Shown here: piece after piece, positions 38,536-47,559 of the stretch
Numbering within the stretch: the first letter of the stretch is position 1
How the letters are laid out: each line of letters starts with the position of its first letter
The notes under the pieces: generated by a model
Told to the model about the DNA's origin: nothing
Databases searched by the model: none
Seen by the model: the letters and a program-made list of their open reading frames with translations, nothing else
Position numbers and translations under genes: made by a program
Assembly: GCA_046482855.1 (NCBI GenBank)
Contig: JAWOEH010000150.1
Coordinates: 1 to 61,055 of the forward strand
Length of the DNA stretch: 61,055 nucleotides
Direction: 5' to 3'
DNA from: Bacteroidales bacterium
Lineage (GTDB): Bacteria > Bacteroidota > Bacteroidia > Bacteroidales > UBA12077

Positions 38536-39354
38536 TTAAGCAACGGTAAAAGCCACCGGATATGTTTCTTTCTGATTGTGATTATTTGCCAGCAAATCAG
38601 CCTCTTCAGCAACTAAATCCCGATAGTATAAAATATGCCATGACCCATCATCGTGTTCCACTAAGGCCGAAAGCGACTCAACCCAATCGCCTGAATTCAT
38701 ATAGTAAACCTCGTCATAAGAGGAAATGGCAGGGTGGTGAATATGACCACAAATAATCCCGTCAAAGCCCTTTACCTTTGCCAAATTCACTAACTCCTGT
38801 TCAAAATTGGAAATATAGGATACCGCAGATTTTACACGCTGCTTTATTTCTTGCGACAGAGAGTAATAACTCAATCCTTTTTTTACCCTGCGAGCATTAT
38901 AACGCTTATTTACCCACAATAAAAAAAGATAACCCAAATCGCCTAGTTTCGCCAGCCACCGAAAATGAGATGTAATGGCATCAAATACATCACCATGTGC
39001 AACGTAATAGCGTTTCCCATGGCTTTCATGAACATAAGAGTTGAGAATTTGCAAGTTCCCAATTTGCAAAGGCGCCACTGCATCCAAAAAATCATCATGG
39101 TTCCCACGCACATATATTACTTCAGTGTTAAATCGCTCCATCATCTTGATCACACTCTTAAAAAAACGGGTATGCTTTTTACCCCATCGGCCCCTTTTTC
39201 GCAATTGCCAACCGTCGATAATATCCCCATTCAAAATTAATTTTTCACAACGGGTTCTTTTCAAGAAACGCACAAGTTCCTTGGCTTTTGAATTTTTTGT
39301 TCCCAAATGAACATCTGAGATAACAACTGTTTTAAAATGCGTTTGTGGAAGCAT
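38536..39354 (-). CDS. LpxH/PlcP-like metallophosphoesterase
   Basis: ISDVHLG, NGDIIDGW, GNHD, HGD, CGHIH and NSGDWVES. Confidence 0.88.
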   Translation of the reverse strand: MLPQTHFKTVVISDVHLGTKNSKAKELVRFLKRTRCEKLILNGDIIDGWQLRKRGRWGKKHTRFFKSVIKMMERFNTEVIYVRGNHDDFLDAVAPLQIGNLQILNSYVHESHGKRYYVAHGDVFDAITSHFRWLAKLGDLGYLFLLWVNKRYNARRVKKGLSYYSLSQEIKQRVKSAVSYISNFEQELVNLAKVKGFDGIICGHIHHPAISSYDEVYYMNSGDWVESLSALVEHDDGSWHILYYRDLVAEEADLLANNHNQKETYPVAFTVA

Positions 39355-39381
39355 ATTTTTATTTTCAATAAAACAAAGAAG

Positions 39382-39409
39382 TGTGAAGTACGTGTTAATG
39401 GCACTTTAA
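39382..39409 (-). promoter_or_regulatory. Pho-box-like direct repeats with an 11-bp period
   Basis: The minus strand reads TTAAAG-N5-TTAACA-N5-TTCACA, ending 28 bp upstream of the plcP-like ATG. Confidence 0.5.
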
Positions 39410-39504
39410 AAGAAAACAAAGATTTATTCCCATATTTAACAGGTTAATTTGCTGAGAGGTATTACTTTTGCACGTACAAAAAAGAGGAAGGCACGAGCTT
39501 TATT

Positions 39505-40383
39505 ATGGATATACTTTATATCATCAACCCTATTTCAGGAAACGGAAAAGGCAAAGAGATTCCGCCGCTCATACTCATGAACCAACAAAGTGGGCTCCAG
39601 AATAACAACAAAGTAGTTTTCACGAAATTCGCCGGTGAAGCGCGGGAAATCGCGCGCACTTATATTGCTCGGGGCTTTAAAAAAATTATCGCCGTGGGAG
39701 GTGATGGAACCGTGAATGAAATAGCCTCAGAAGTGGCCGGCACTGGCTGCATATTGGGCATCATTCCTGTAGGCTCAGGCAATGGATTAGCTCGCCACTT
39801 AGGTATTCCTATGGCGCCAGCTAAAGCTCTTAACCTGATACACAAGAACAACGTCCTCCAAATGGATACGGCAAGTGTAAATCAGCATGCTTTTTTCTGC
39901 ACTTCCGGCACAGGTTTCGACGCACACATTGGACAACTTTTTTCACAATCGGCCTCCCGAGGATTTTCAAGCTATTTTAAGGCAACCCTGCGTGAGTTTT
40001 TAAATTACAAAAGTCGTACGTACCGCATAACCATCGATGGCAAAGTTCTGGAACGACAAGCATTCCTTGTAACGGTAGCAAATGCTTCACAATATGGGAA
40101 CAATGCTCACATAGCTCCTCAAGCACGTGTAAATGATGGCTGGCTTGATCTTGTTATCCTGAAACCCTTCCCTTTATTGGCTGCCCCCCTACTGGCATTA
40201 GATTTGTTTCGCAAGCGCATATGCCGCAATCGTTATATTGAGACACTTGTGGGTAAGGAAATATTCATTGAACGGATAGGCGAAGAGGTCATTCACATCG
40301 ATGGAGAACCTTTAGATGAGAAGGCAAATTTAAGGTTCTCACTCAAGCCTGGGAATTTAAGTGTATTGGTTCCGGCGTCTTAA
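39505..40383 (+). CDS. Diacylglycerol kinase family lipid kinase (YegS/DgkB-like)
   Basis: INPISG, GGDGTVNE, GSGNGLAR, NASQYGN and HIDGEP. Confidence 0.92.
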   Translation: MDILYIINPISGNGKGKEIPPLILMNQQSGLQNNNKVVFTKFAGEAREIARTYIARGFKKIIAVGGDGTVNEIASEVAGTGCILGIIPVGSGNGLARHLGIPMAPAKALNLIHKNNVLQMDTASVNQHAFFCTSGTGFDAHIGQLFSQSASRGFSSYFKATLREFLNYKSRTYRITIDGKVLERQAFLVTVANASQYGNNAHIAPQARVNDGWLDLVILKPFPLLAAPLLALDLFRKRICRNRYIETLVGKEIFIERIGEEVIHIDGEPLDEKANLRFSLKPGNLSVLVPAS

Positions 40384-40880
40384 AACCTGTTTTGCAACCG
40401 TTCAAGGACCAAAAATACGGCCGGGCAAACTTCCGTGTTTTTCAAGGTAAGATTTCGTAGCTGATAAAACTTACGCCTGTCGGTATGAGGATATTCACGA
40501 CATGCCTTAGGCCGATCGGTATATACCATACAATAATTATCAGGCATTAAAAAGGGACAGGGCGTCTCCCGAAAAACATAATCTCCCTCGTTGTCAAGTT
40601 CCATATATTGATCCACAACGGCGGCAGGTTTCATGCGCAATCGTTTGGCCAGTCGCTCAATGTCGCGCAGGGTAATCATAGGACTAATGGACTTACAGCA
40701 GTTGGCACAATCCAGGCAGTCAATCTCTTCAAATACCTCCTCATGCAGCGTATGAACCACTTCATCCAAACGTCTCGATTGCTTTTTTGAAATCCCCTTA
40801 AAAAAAGCAGCATAAGAACTCTTGGCTTTAATTGCTAAATCACGAATTTCCTCTAAGGATCTCTCATTCAGAATGCTCAT
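40380..40880 (-). CDS. YkgJ-family cysteine-cluster protein
   Basis: CLDCANCC, PCPFL..C.VY..RPKACREYP. Confidence 0.88.
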   Translation of the reverse strand: MSILNERSLEEIRDLAIKAKSSYAAFFKGISKKQSRRLDEVVHTLHEEVFEEIDCLDCANCCKSISPMITLRDIERLAKRLRMKPAAVVDQYMELDNEGDYVFRETPCPFLMPDNYCMVYTDRPKACREYPHTDRRKFYQLRNLTLKNTEVCPAVFLVLERLQNRF

Positions 40881-41803
40881 TATTCATTGGGTTTAATCCA
40901 AACACGCAAACGCTCGCGCAAACGGGGTCCATGTATTTGAGAAAGGAATAAACCGGTCATAACCAAACCAATTCCTGCCAGCTTCAAAAAAGTAAGCATC
41001 TCACCAAGAACAAAAAAGGCAAATATGGCTGTAAATACAGGAATTGCATTTGTGAAGGCATTGGCTTTTGTTACCCCTAGTCGTTTTATGGAAAATGTAA
41101 AGAAGATAAAGGCAAAGGAAGATCCGAATATAGCTAACTTCAGAAGCGGCACCCACGCATCCATTACGATGCCGGTAGTTTTAAAGCTTTGCCAGTCGAG
41201 CAGAAAAAAAAGCGGAGCAAACATGAAAATTCCTATGATGTTATGATACGTGACAATAGAAATGGAGTTGTACTTCCCGCTTAGTCGCTTAATAACTATG
41301 GAATACCCAACTCCCGCAGCAACGGCCATAAAAAGCATAAGCACTCCAAGCGGGTTGGCCGACACAGAACTATCCTTATTATAAATGACCAACCCCACAC
41401 CTACAATAGAGATTATAATCCCGGTAAGATTCATTCGGGTGATGCGCTCCTTAAAAAAATAGGCGGTGGCAAAGGGCGTAAACAAGGGAATGGTAGCCAC
41501 TATAACGGCCGACAGCGTTGAGGATACCAATTTCACGCCATAACTCTCCCCTATAAAATAAAGAAAAGGCTGCCAAAAAGTAACCAGCACAAACCACTTC
41601 AAATCTTTCCACTCAATTCGCTGCAAACGTCGTAAGGGAGCGGTAAGCAATACCAAAAACACAGACGATATTATCAGCCTGAAAAACACAGTAGTTATGG
41701 GTTCATAATATTGATACACTACCTTATACCAAACAAAGGTGAAGCTCCAAAAAATCATGGCCAGAAGCACACTCAGGTAAGCAGTTAGTTGTTCTTTTTT
41801 CAT
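40880..41803 (-). CDS. DMT/EamA transporter
   Basis: Ten TMs in two EamA repeats, with PVFTAIFAFFVLGE. Confidence 0.9.
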   Translation of the reverse strand: MKKEQLTAYLSVLLAMIFWSFTFVWYKVVYQYYEPITTVFFRLIISSVFLVLLTAPLRRLQRIEWKDLKWFVLVTFWQPFLYFIGESYGVKLVSSTLSAVIVATIPLFTPFATAYFFKERITRMNLTGIIISIVGVGLVIYNKDSSVSANPLGVLMLFMAVAAGVGYSIVIKRLSGKYNSISIVTYHNIIGIFMFAPLFFLLDWQSFKTTGIVMDAWVPLLKLAIFGSSFAFIFFTFSIKRLGVTKANAFTNAIPVFTAIFAFFVLGEMLTFLKLAGIGLVMTGLFLSQIHGPRLRERLRVWIKPNE

Positions 41804-41952
41804 GCAGATAACAATTTAAAGGATACGCAGCGATCTGCGTCACCTCATCGGTTTATTTTTTAAGACTGCGAATTTACAATGAATAATTTGAACTTTCTTC
41901 ACAGCAAAGTAGAGTGACCATTTTTTATATTAAAAGTTTAAATTTATATTTG

Positions 41953-41969
41953 TGTCGTACAGAAAACAA
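41953..41969. promoter_or_regulatory. Putative MarR operator, copy 1
   Basis: TGTCGTACAGAAAACAA matches the site at 42606 at 13 of 17 positions. Confidence 0.55.
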
Positions 41970-41981
41970 TACATTTTTATC

Positions 41982-42482
41982 GTGGAAGCAACGGAAATAT
42001 TAATTAAAATAAGAAAAATCGTACGCTCAATCAACTTGGAATCCAAGAAAATACAGAAAGAGTACGGAATAAGTATCCCTCAGATGCTGTGTCTTGATTT
42101 CCTAAAACGATCCCAGAATTTTCAAAGCACACAGAAACAGCTACGCGATTTTCTCAATCTCAACTCCAGTACAGTTACCGGAATCATCAACCGATTGGAA
42201 AAAAGAGGATTGATCGCCCGTCTTCCTAAGCGCGATGACAAAAGAACAACTCATATTATTTTAACGTCCAAGGGTTCGAAACTTTTAGAAAACACCCCTC
42301 CTTTGCTGCACGACCGATTATCAAAGAAGCTTGAGAACTTGTCAAATGAAAAACGGAAAGACATTGACAATACCTTGGAGATACTTATTAAGTACTTTGA
42401 AATCGAGAGCATTGATGCCAGCCCTGTTATTACCGTAGATGAAACATTATCGCCCGGGAATTCCCTTGAATCCAATGAGTAA
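41982..42482 (+). CDS. MarR-family transcriptional regulator
   Basis: GISIPQ, LNSSTVTGIINRLEKRGLI and DKR..ILTSKG. GTG start at 41982. Confidence 0.92.
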   Translation: MEATEILIKIRKIVRSINLESKKIQKEYGISIPQMLCLDFLKRSQNFQSTQKQLRDFLNLNSSTVTGIINRLEKRGLIARLPKRDDKRTTHIILTSKGSKLLENTPPLLHDRLSKKLENLSNEKRKDIDNTLEILIKYFEIESIDASPVITVDETLSPGNSLESNE

Positions 42483-42601
42483 ATTTCAAAAAGACACCTT
42501 CGCTACCAATACTCTCCCAGCCTAACAAACAACAGGATAACACCCCATTAACAAGCTCCTCTAACAAGGATTTTCTTTGGGATCTTCCCATATTATTTGT
42601 A

Positions 42602-42625
42602 AATTTGTTGTGCACGAAACAAATT
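42602..42625. promoter_or_regulatory. Putative MarR operator, copy 2
   Basis: AATTTGTT-gtgcacga-AACAAATT, a palindrome with perfect 8-bp arms, upstream of the amidohydrolase operon. Confidence 0.6.
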
Positions 42626-42671
42626 AGCGTAACATACGTTATTTATATTCGGAGACGAAGCAAAGAAGACC

Positions 42672-43826
42672 ATGATAGATCACGCAACGCGCGACGAATT
42701 GATAAAATTGCGTCGCAACCTTCATAAGCAGCCTGAATTATCGGGAAGCGAACACGAAACAGCAGTACGAATTAAGCAGTTTTTATCGAGCTATGAGCCG
42801 GATGAACTCCTTGACTATATTGGGGGTTACGGAATTGCCGCCTGTTTTTACAGCCACAAACCCGGCCCCAGTGTCCTTTTTCGATGCGAATTAGATGCAC
42901 TCCCCATACAGGAGGTCAACAAACTGGCCTATGCATCAAAAACCGATGGAGTTGCCCATCTTTGCGGACACGATGGGCACATGGCAATTTTAGCAGGTCT
43001 GGCAGCTCACATAAGTCAAAACAGACCTACCCGTGGCAAAGTGATTCTCCTGTTTCAACCTGCCGAGGAGACGGGGCAGGGAGCTTACCAGGTAACACAA
43101 GACAAACGTTTCGAATCCCACTTAAAAACCGACTACGCCTTTGCGCTTCATAACATTCCCGGAATCCCTCTGGGCAAAGTAGTCTGGAAACCCGAAACCT
43201 TTGCCTCTGCTTCTCGAGGATTCATTGCCCGACTGCATGGAAAAACCTCTCATGCCGGCGAACCGGAAAATGGCAAGTCGCCGGCCTTAGCGATGGCCAA
43301 TATTATTCAGGCCATTGAAGCATTGCCCCAAAATAGCTCTTTTAAAAAGTTTACCTTAACCACTGTTATTCATGCCATTTTAGGCGAACGTGCATTCGGG
43401 ACAACCCCAGGCGAAGGCGTCGTTATGGCTACTTTACGCTCATGGCTCGACGAAGACATGAAAACCCTTACGGCTAATGCCGAAAATCATGTGAAAGAGA
43501 ACAGCAAAAAATTCGATCTCGCCTACAACATCGAATACGTAGAGGACTTTCCCGCTGCAGTGAGCAATCCCGAAGCGCTGACACTTTTAACTAAAACGCT
43601 GAAAAAATTAGATATAGAGCAAGAAGAGCTAAAGGAACCCTACCGCTGGAGCGAAGACTTCGCCCATTTTGGCAAACATGCCAAGGCGGTATTGTTTGGA
43701 CTGGGCTCCGGAAAACTTCAGCCCCAACTTCACAACCCGGATTACGACTTTCCGGATCAACTAATTGAAAAGGGAGTAGAAATCTTTGCTGCTCTCTACC
43801 AAGAACTACAAAATGCTAAAAGCTAA
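42672..43826 (+). CDS. M20D amidohydrolase
   Basis: LHKQPELSG.E, RCELDALP, HLCGHDGH, FQPAEE, HN, SEDF and LHNPDYDF. Confidence 0.92.
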   Translation: MIDHATRDELIKLRRNLHKQPELSGSEHETAVRIKQFLSSYEPDELLDYIGGYGIAACFYSHKPGPSVLFRCELDALPIQEVNKLAYASKTDGVAHLCGHDGHMAILAGLAAHISQNRPTRGKVILLFQPAEETGQGAYQVTQDKRFESHLKTDYAFALHNIPGIPLGKVVWKPETFASASRGFIARLHGKTSHAGEPENGKSPALAMANIIQAIEALPQNSSFKKFTLTTVIHAILGERAFGTTPGEGVVMATLRSWLDEDMKTLTANAENHVKENSKKFDLAYNIEYVEDFPAAVSNPEALTLLTKTLKKLDIEQEELKEPYRWSEDFAHFGKHAKAVLFGLGSGKLQPQLHNPDYDFPDQLIEKGVEIFAALYQELQNAKS

Positions 43827-44977
43827 TGGCAGGCACTTCATATATTGAACTCGACAGAACCGCACTTATTCATAATTTACAATTTCTTCAATCCTATCTT
43901 GGACAAGAAATACGCATCTCCTCGGTAATAAAAGCCAATGCTTATGGGCATGGTATCGAGCAATTTGTTCCCATTGCTGAAGAAGCAGGCGTTAATCACT
44001 TCTCAGTTTTTAGCGCCGATGAGGCGCGACGTGTTTGTAAGGTAAAAAACCATACAACTGAAGTAATGATTATGGGCTGGATACCTGAGGAAGATCTAAG
44101 CTGGGTTATTGAGCACAATATCCAGTTCTTTGTTTATGAACCCGAGAAAGTTAACAAGGCCTTAACCCTGTCCAAGCAACTTGACAAGCCGGCACTCATG
44201 CATCTGGAGGTCGAAACCGGAATGAATCGAACAGGTTTAACTCAAAAAAACCTCAAATGGATTGCCAGCCTCTTAAAAGAAAACCCCACGCACCTCATAT
44301 TTAAAGGTTTATGCACGCACTTTGCAGGAGCCGAAAGCATTGCCAACCATGTGCGCATCCAAAAACAGATAAAAAAATATATACGGGTATACAAATGGTT
44401 CATTAACCAGAACCTAATTCCCGAAATCCGCCATGCAGCTTGTTCGGCAGCAGCCATCTCCTATCCTCGCACACGTATGGATATGGTGCGTATAGGAATT
44501 TTGCAATACGGATTCTGGCCCAGCAAAGAAACCTTTATCCAGTTTATTCATCGACGGATGGATAAAACCAATCCTTTTCAGCGAGTCCTTAGCTGGAAAA
44601 CAAAAGTGATGACCATAAAGCCGGTAAAAGAGGGGGAATTTGTAAGCTACGGTACCGCATTTTTTGCTGAGGAGGATAAATTAATAGCGGTAGTTCCCGT
44701 AGGGTACTCCCATGGGTACAGTCGCTCACTTAGTAATCAAGGCCGTGTGCTGATTAAAGGGCAGCGTGCCCTGGTGATTGGGGTTGTAAACATGAACATG
44801 CTTTTGGCCGACATAACGCATATTGAAGATGTGCAGATAGGTGACGAAGTTACACTCATTGGCGAACAAGGCGATAAAGAAATCACCCTGGCCTCCTTTG
44901 CCGATTTTAACAACCAGTTAAACTACGAGTTATTGGCCCGTTTACCTTATGAAACCCCAAGATTTGTTGTAAACTAA
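43826..44977 (+). CDS. alr: Alanine racemase
   Basis: IKANAYGHG (PLP Lys), ETGMNRTG, VSYG (catalytic Tyr) and GYSHG. Confidence 0.9.
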   Translation: MAGTSYIELDRTALIHNLQFLQSYLGQEIRISSVIKANAYGHGIEQFVPIAEEAGVNHFSVFSADEARRVCKVKNHTTEVMIMGWIPEEDLSWVIEHNIQFFVYEPEKVNKALTLSKQLDKPALMHLEVETGMNRTGLTQKNLKWIASLLKENPTHLIFKGLCTHFAGAESIANHVRIQKQIKKYIRVYKWFINQNLIPEIRHAACSAAAISYPRTRMDMVRIGILQYGFWPSKETFIQFIHRRMDKTNPFQRVLSWKTKVMTIKPVKEGEFVSYGTAFFAEEDKLIAVVPVGYSHGYSRSLSNQGRVLIKGQRALVIGVVNMNMLLADITHIEDVQIGDEVTLIGEQGDKEITLASFADFNNQLNYELLARLPYETPRFVVN

Positions 44978-44987
44978 AACAATACAT

Positions 44988-46061
44988 ATGGCTTTTTTAG
45001 AATTAAAAAGAAGTAAACTACGACACAATTACGAGTACCTGAAAGAACTTTTCGACAGCCACGACATTACCTTTGGCGTGGTAGCAAAAGTTCTTTGTGG
45101 AAACAAGATGTACTTGAAGGAAATTCTCGATTTAGGCGTTACACAAGTATTAGATGCTCGAATGTATAACCTAAAACAACTCAAATCAATCGATCCTACA
45201 ATTGAAACAGCTTACATACGACCTCCATCAAAGCGCAGCATTAAAAATGTTGTAACCTATGCCGATATAAGCTTCAACACCGAATATGCCACCATTAAAA
45301 TGCTTTCGGAAGAGGCTAAAGTTCAGAAGAAAACACACAAGGTGATTGTGATGATTGAGATGGGCGACTTGCGTGAAGGCGTTCTGGGGGAGGAATTCAT
45401 GGACTTCTACGAAAAAGTATTCCGCCTGCCTAACATTGAGGTGGTTGGCATAGGCACGAACCTCAACTGCTTGAATGGTGTAATGCCCAGCCAGGACAAG
45501 CTTATTCTGCTAAGCCTATACGAGCAACTTATCGAGGCTCGTTTTAAGAAAAATATCCCCTATGTTTCCGGAGGATCTTCAGTAACCATTGAAATGATTT
45601 ACCGTGATCTGATGCCTAAAGGAATTAGTCACTTCCGTGTTGGCGAAACCCTGTTTTTTGGCAACAACCTGTTTACCGGCGAGGACATTGAAGTGATGGA
45701 ACAGGATATCTTTACCCTTTATGCCGAAATTATCGAGCTCACGGAAAAACCCATGGTGCCCACCGGTGAAATTGGCGAAAATGTGGCCGGCGAAAGTCCG
45801 GAGATCAAGGAAGAGGATTATGGAAAAATGAGCTATCGGGCAATTTTAGATATTGGTTTATTGGATATCGATCCTAAAAATATTTCCTGCCTGGACAAAT
45901 CCATTCAGATTGAAGGAGCCAGCTCAGATATGATTGTAGTTGATCTTGGTGACGAAAAACCTAAATATCGGGTGGGAGATTTAATTCCTTTTCGATTAAA
46001 CTATATGGGGGCCTTAAGCGTATTAAGTTCACAATACATTAATAAAAAAGTCGTTGATTAA
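44988..46061 (+). CDS. Alanine/ornithine racemase family PLP enzyme (Orr/YhfX-like)
   Basis: VVAKV, MGDLREG, GTNLNC..G, SGGSS, HFRVGE and GASSDM. Confidence 0.85.
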   Translation: MAFLELKRSKLRHNYEYLKELFDSHDITFGVVAKVLCGNKMYLKEILDLGVTQVLDARMYNLKQLKSIDPTIETAYIRPPSKRSIKNVVTYADISFNTEYATIKMLSEEAKVQKKTHKVIVMIEMGDLREGVLGEEFMDFYEKVFRLPNIEVVGIGTNLNCLNGVMPSQDKLILLSLYEQLIEARFKKNIPYVSGGSSVTIEMIYRDLMPKGISHFRVGETLFFGNNLFTGEDIEVMEQDIFTLYAEIIELTEKPMVPTGEIGENVAGESPEIKEEDYGKMSYRAILDIGLLDIDPKNISCLDKSIQIEGASSDMIVVDLGDEKPKYRVGDLIPFRLNYMGALSVLSSQYINKKVVD

Positions 46062-46083
46062 TATATAAATCTAGCACAACGGG

Positions 46084-46296
46084 ATGAAAGAGAGAATGAA
46101 CAGCAACAGAGATCGTATTTTAGAACTTTTTGAAAAGAACGAGTCATTAGCTTTGGGAGACATCACCCAAAAGCTGCGCATATCGCCACAAGAAGGAACT
46201 GAGCTTGTTTTGGCCATGTACCGGGAAGGCCTTTTAATTAAAGAATCAAACCCTCCTAAATACAAAATAAACAAAACCAAGGCAGCTGAAGGGTAA
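46084..46296 (+). CDS. Small winged-helix protein (Z-alpha/FaeA-like)
   Basis: 70 aa, RILELFEK..LGDITQKLRIS.QE..LVLAM.REGLLIKESNPPKYKI, fitting a three-helix plus wing pattern. Confidence 0.65.
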   Translation: MKERMNSNRDRILELFEKNESLALGDITQKLRISPQEGTELVLAMYREGLLIKESNPPKYKINKTKAAEG

Positions 46297-46495
46297 GATG
46301 CTAACACAAACAATTCAAGGAACTTAAGTGTTAAATAATTTTTATTTCTGCAGAAAAAGTTGCATCTTTGCATAATTTTTCATGCAAAAAGTCGTTCATG
46401 GGTTGTAGCAAGACAGGTATTACACATCTGAGATGCGTTTCTATTGCCGGGCTATCCTAAGACAGAAGTGAAACTTGTAGAAAGGAGAGGTTGAG

Positions 46496-47356
46496 ATGAG
46501 ACAGCTTAAAATTACAAAATCAATTACCAATCGTGACAGTTCTTCATTGGAAAAGTACTTACAGGAAGTGGGGAAAGAAGAATTAATTACGGCTGATGAG
46601 GAGGTTGAACTAGCGCAACGAATAAAAAAAGGGGACCGGGTAGCATTAGAAAAACTCACACGTGCCAACTTACGATTTGTTATCAGTGTAGCCAAACAGT
46701 ACCAATTTCAGGGATTGAGTTTACCCGATTTAATTAATGAGGGCAATTTAGGCCTGATTAAGGCAGCCGAGCGATTCGACGAAACGAAAGGATTCAAGTT
46801 TATTTCCTATGCCGTATGGTGGATACGCCAATCTATTCTGCAGGCTATTGCTGAGCAATCGCGAGTGGTTCGATTACCCTTAAACAAAGTAGGTTCCATT
46901 AATAAATTGCATAAGGCCTATTCCAAACTGGAGCAGCAAAACGATCGTACCCCCACAGCCGATGAGTTGGCTGAGTTCGTGAATCTCCCCAAAGATAAAG
47001 TGGAAAACACCATGCAGCTTTCAGGTAAGCCTGTTTCAGTGGACGCACCTTTTTCCGACAGTGAAGACGGCACCCTTTTGGATGTGATGGAAAATCGTGA
47101 TACGCCTGAAACAGACGACTCGCTGGAGTGTGAGTCTTTAAGTCGGGAAATCGATCGAACCCTCAGCATTTTACCCGACAAAGAGCGAGCCGTTCTGAAG
47201 TATTATTACGGGTTAGGCGGACGAGAAATGTCCCTGGAAGAGATTGCCAGCCAACTAAACCTTACGCGTGAACGCGTAAGACAAATTAAAGAAAAAGCGA
47301 TTCGCCGCTTGCGACACTCTTCAAAGAATAAATTACTTCGAAAATATTTAGGTTAA
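46496..47356 (+). CDS. RpoD/SigA-family sigma factor (short Bacteroidota type, possibly a paralog)
   Basis: [40 protein letters not shown] and [13 protein letters not shown]. Confidence 0.93.
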   Translation: MRQLKITKSITNRDSSSLEKYLQEVGKEELITADEEVELAQRIKKGDRVALEKLTRANLRFVISVAKQYQFQGLSLPDLINEGNLGLIKAAERFDETKGFKFISYAVWWIRQSILQAIAEQSRVVRLPLNKVGSINKLHKAYSKLEQQNDRTPTADELAEFVNLPKDKVENTMQLSGKPVSVDAPFSDSEDGTLLDVMENRDTPETDDSLECESLSREIDRTLSILPDKERAVLKYYYGLGGREMSLEEIASQLNLTRERVRQIKEKAIRRLRHSSKNKLLRKYLG

Positions 47357-47363
47357 CAAATTT

Positions 47364-47397
47364 AAGCGCCGGAAATTCTCCGGCGCTTTTTTATTTT
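47364..47397 (+). terminator. Rho-independent terminator
   Basis: AAGCGCCGGA-aattc-TCCGGCGCTT followed by a T tract. Confidence 0.88.
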
Positions 47398-47423
47398 CCT
47401 TGAACAAGATTAAAATTTTTCCG

Positions 47424-47559
47424 TACTTTTGGTAGCAAGAGAAAGCATCCTTTTGCAGGGACTCAGTTGGCAATTGCCTCCGACCATTTGAAAACTCCCT
47501 TAAAGGATCTAAAAGGAGAACCGCCTATAGAGGTTCAGTGAACTCATAAACATGCTACA
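47424..47559 (+). promoter_or_regulatory. Promoter plus structured 5' leader (candidate cis-regulatory RNA)
   Basis: TACTTTTG -7 element, then nested stems ATCCTTT/AAAGGAT, AGGGA/TCCCT and GTTGG/CCGAC, plus a GAACC/GGTTC hairpin. Confidence 0.4.

Noticed and set aside
47437-47559. Known fluoride, c-di-AMP, Na+ or Li+ riboswitch, or 6S RNA
   Set aside because: The conserved core sequences I recall for these classes are not present. It is kept only as an unclassified candidate.
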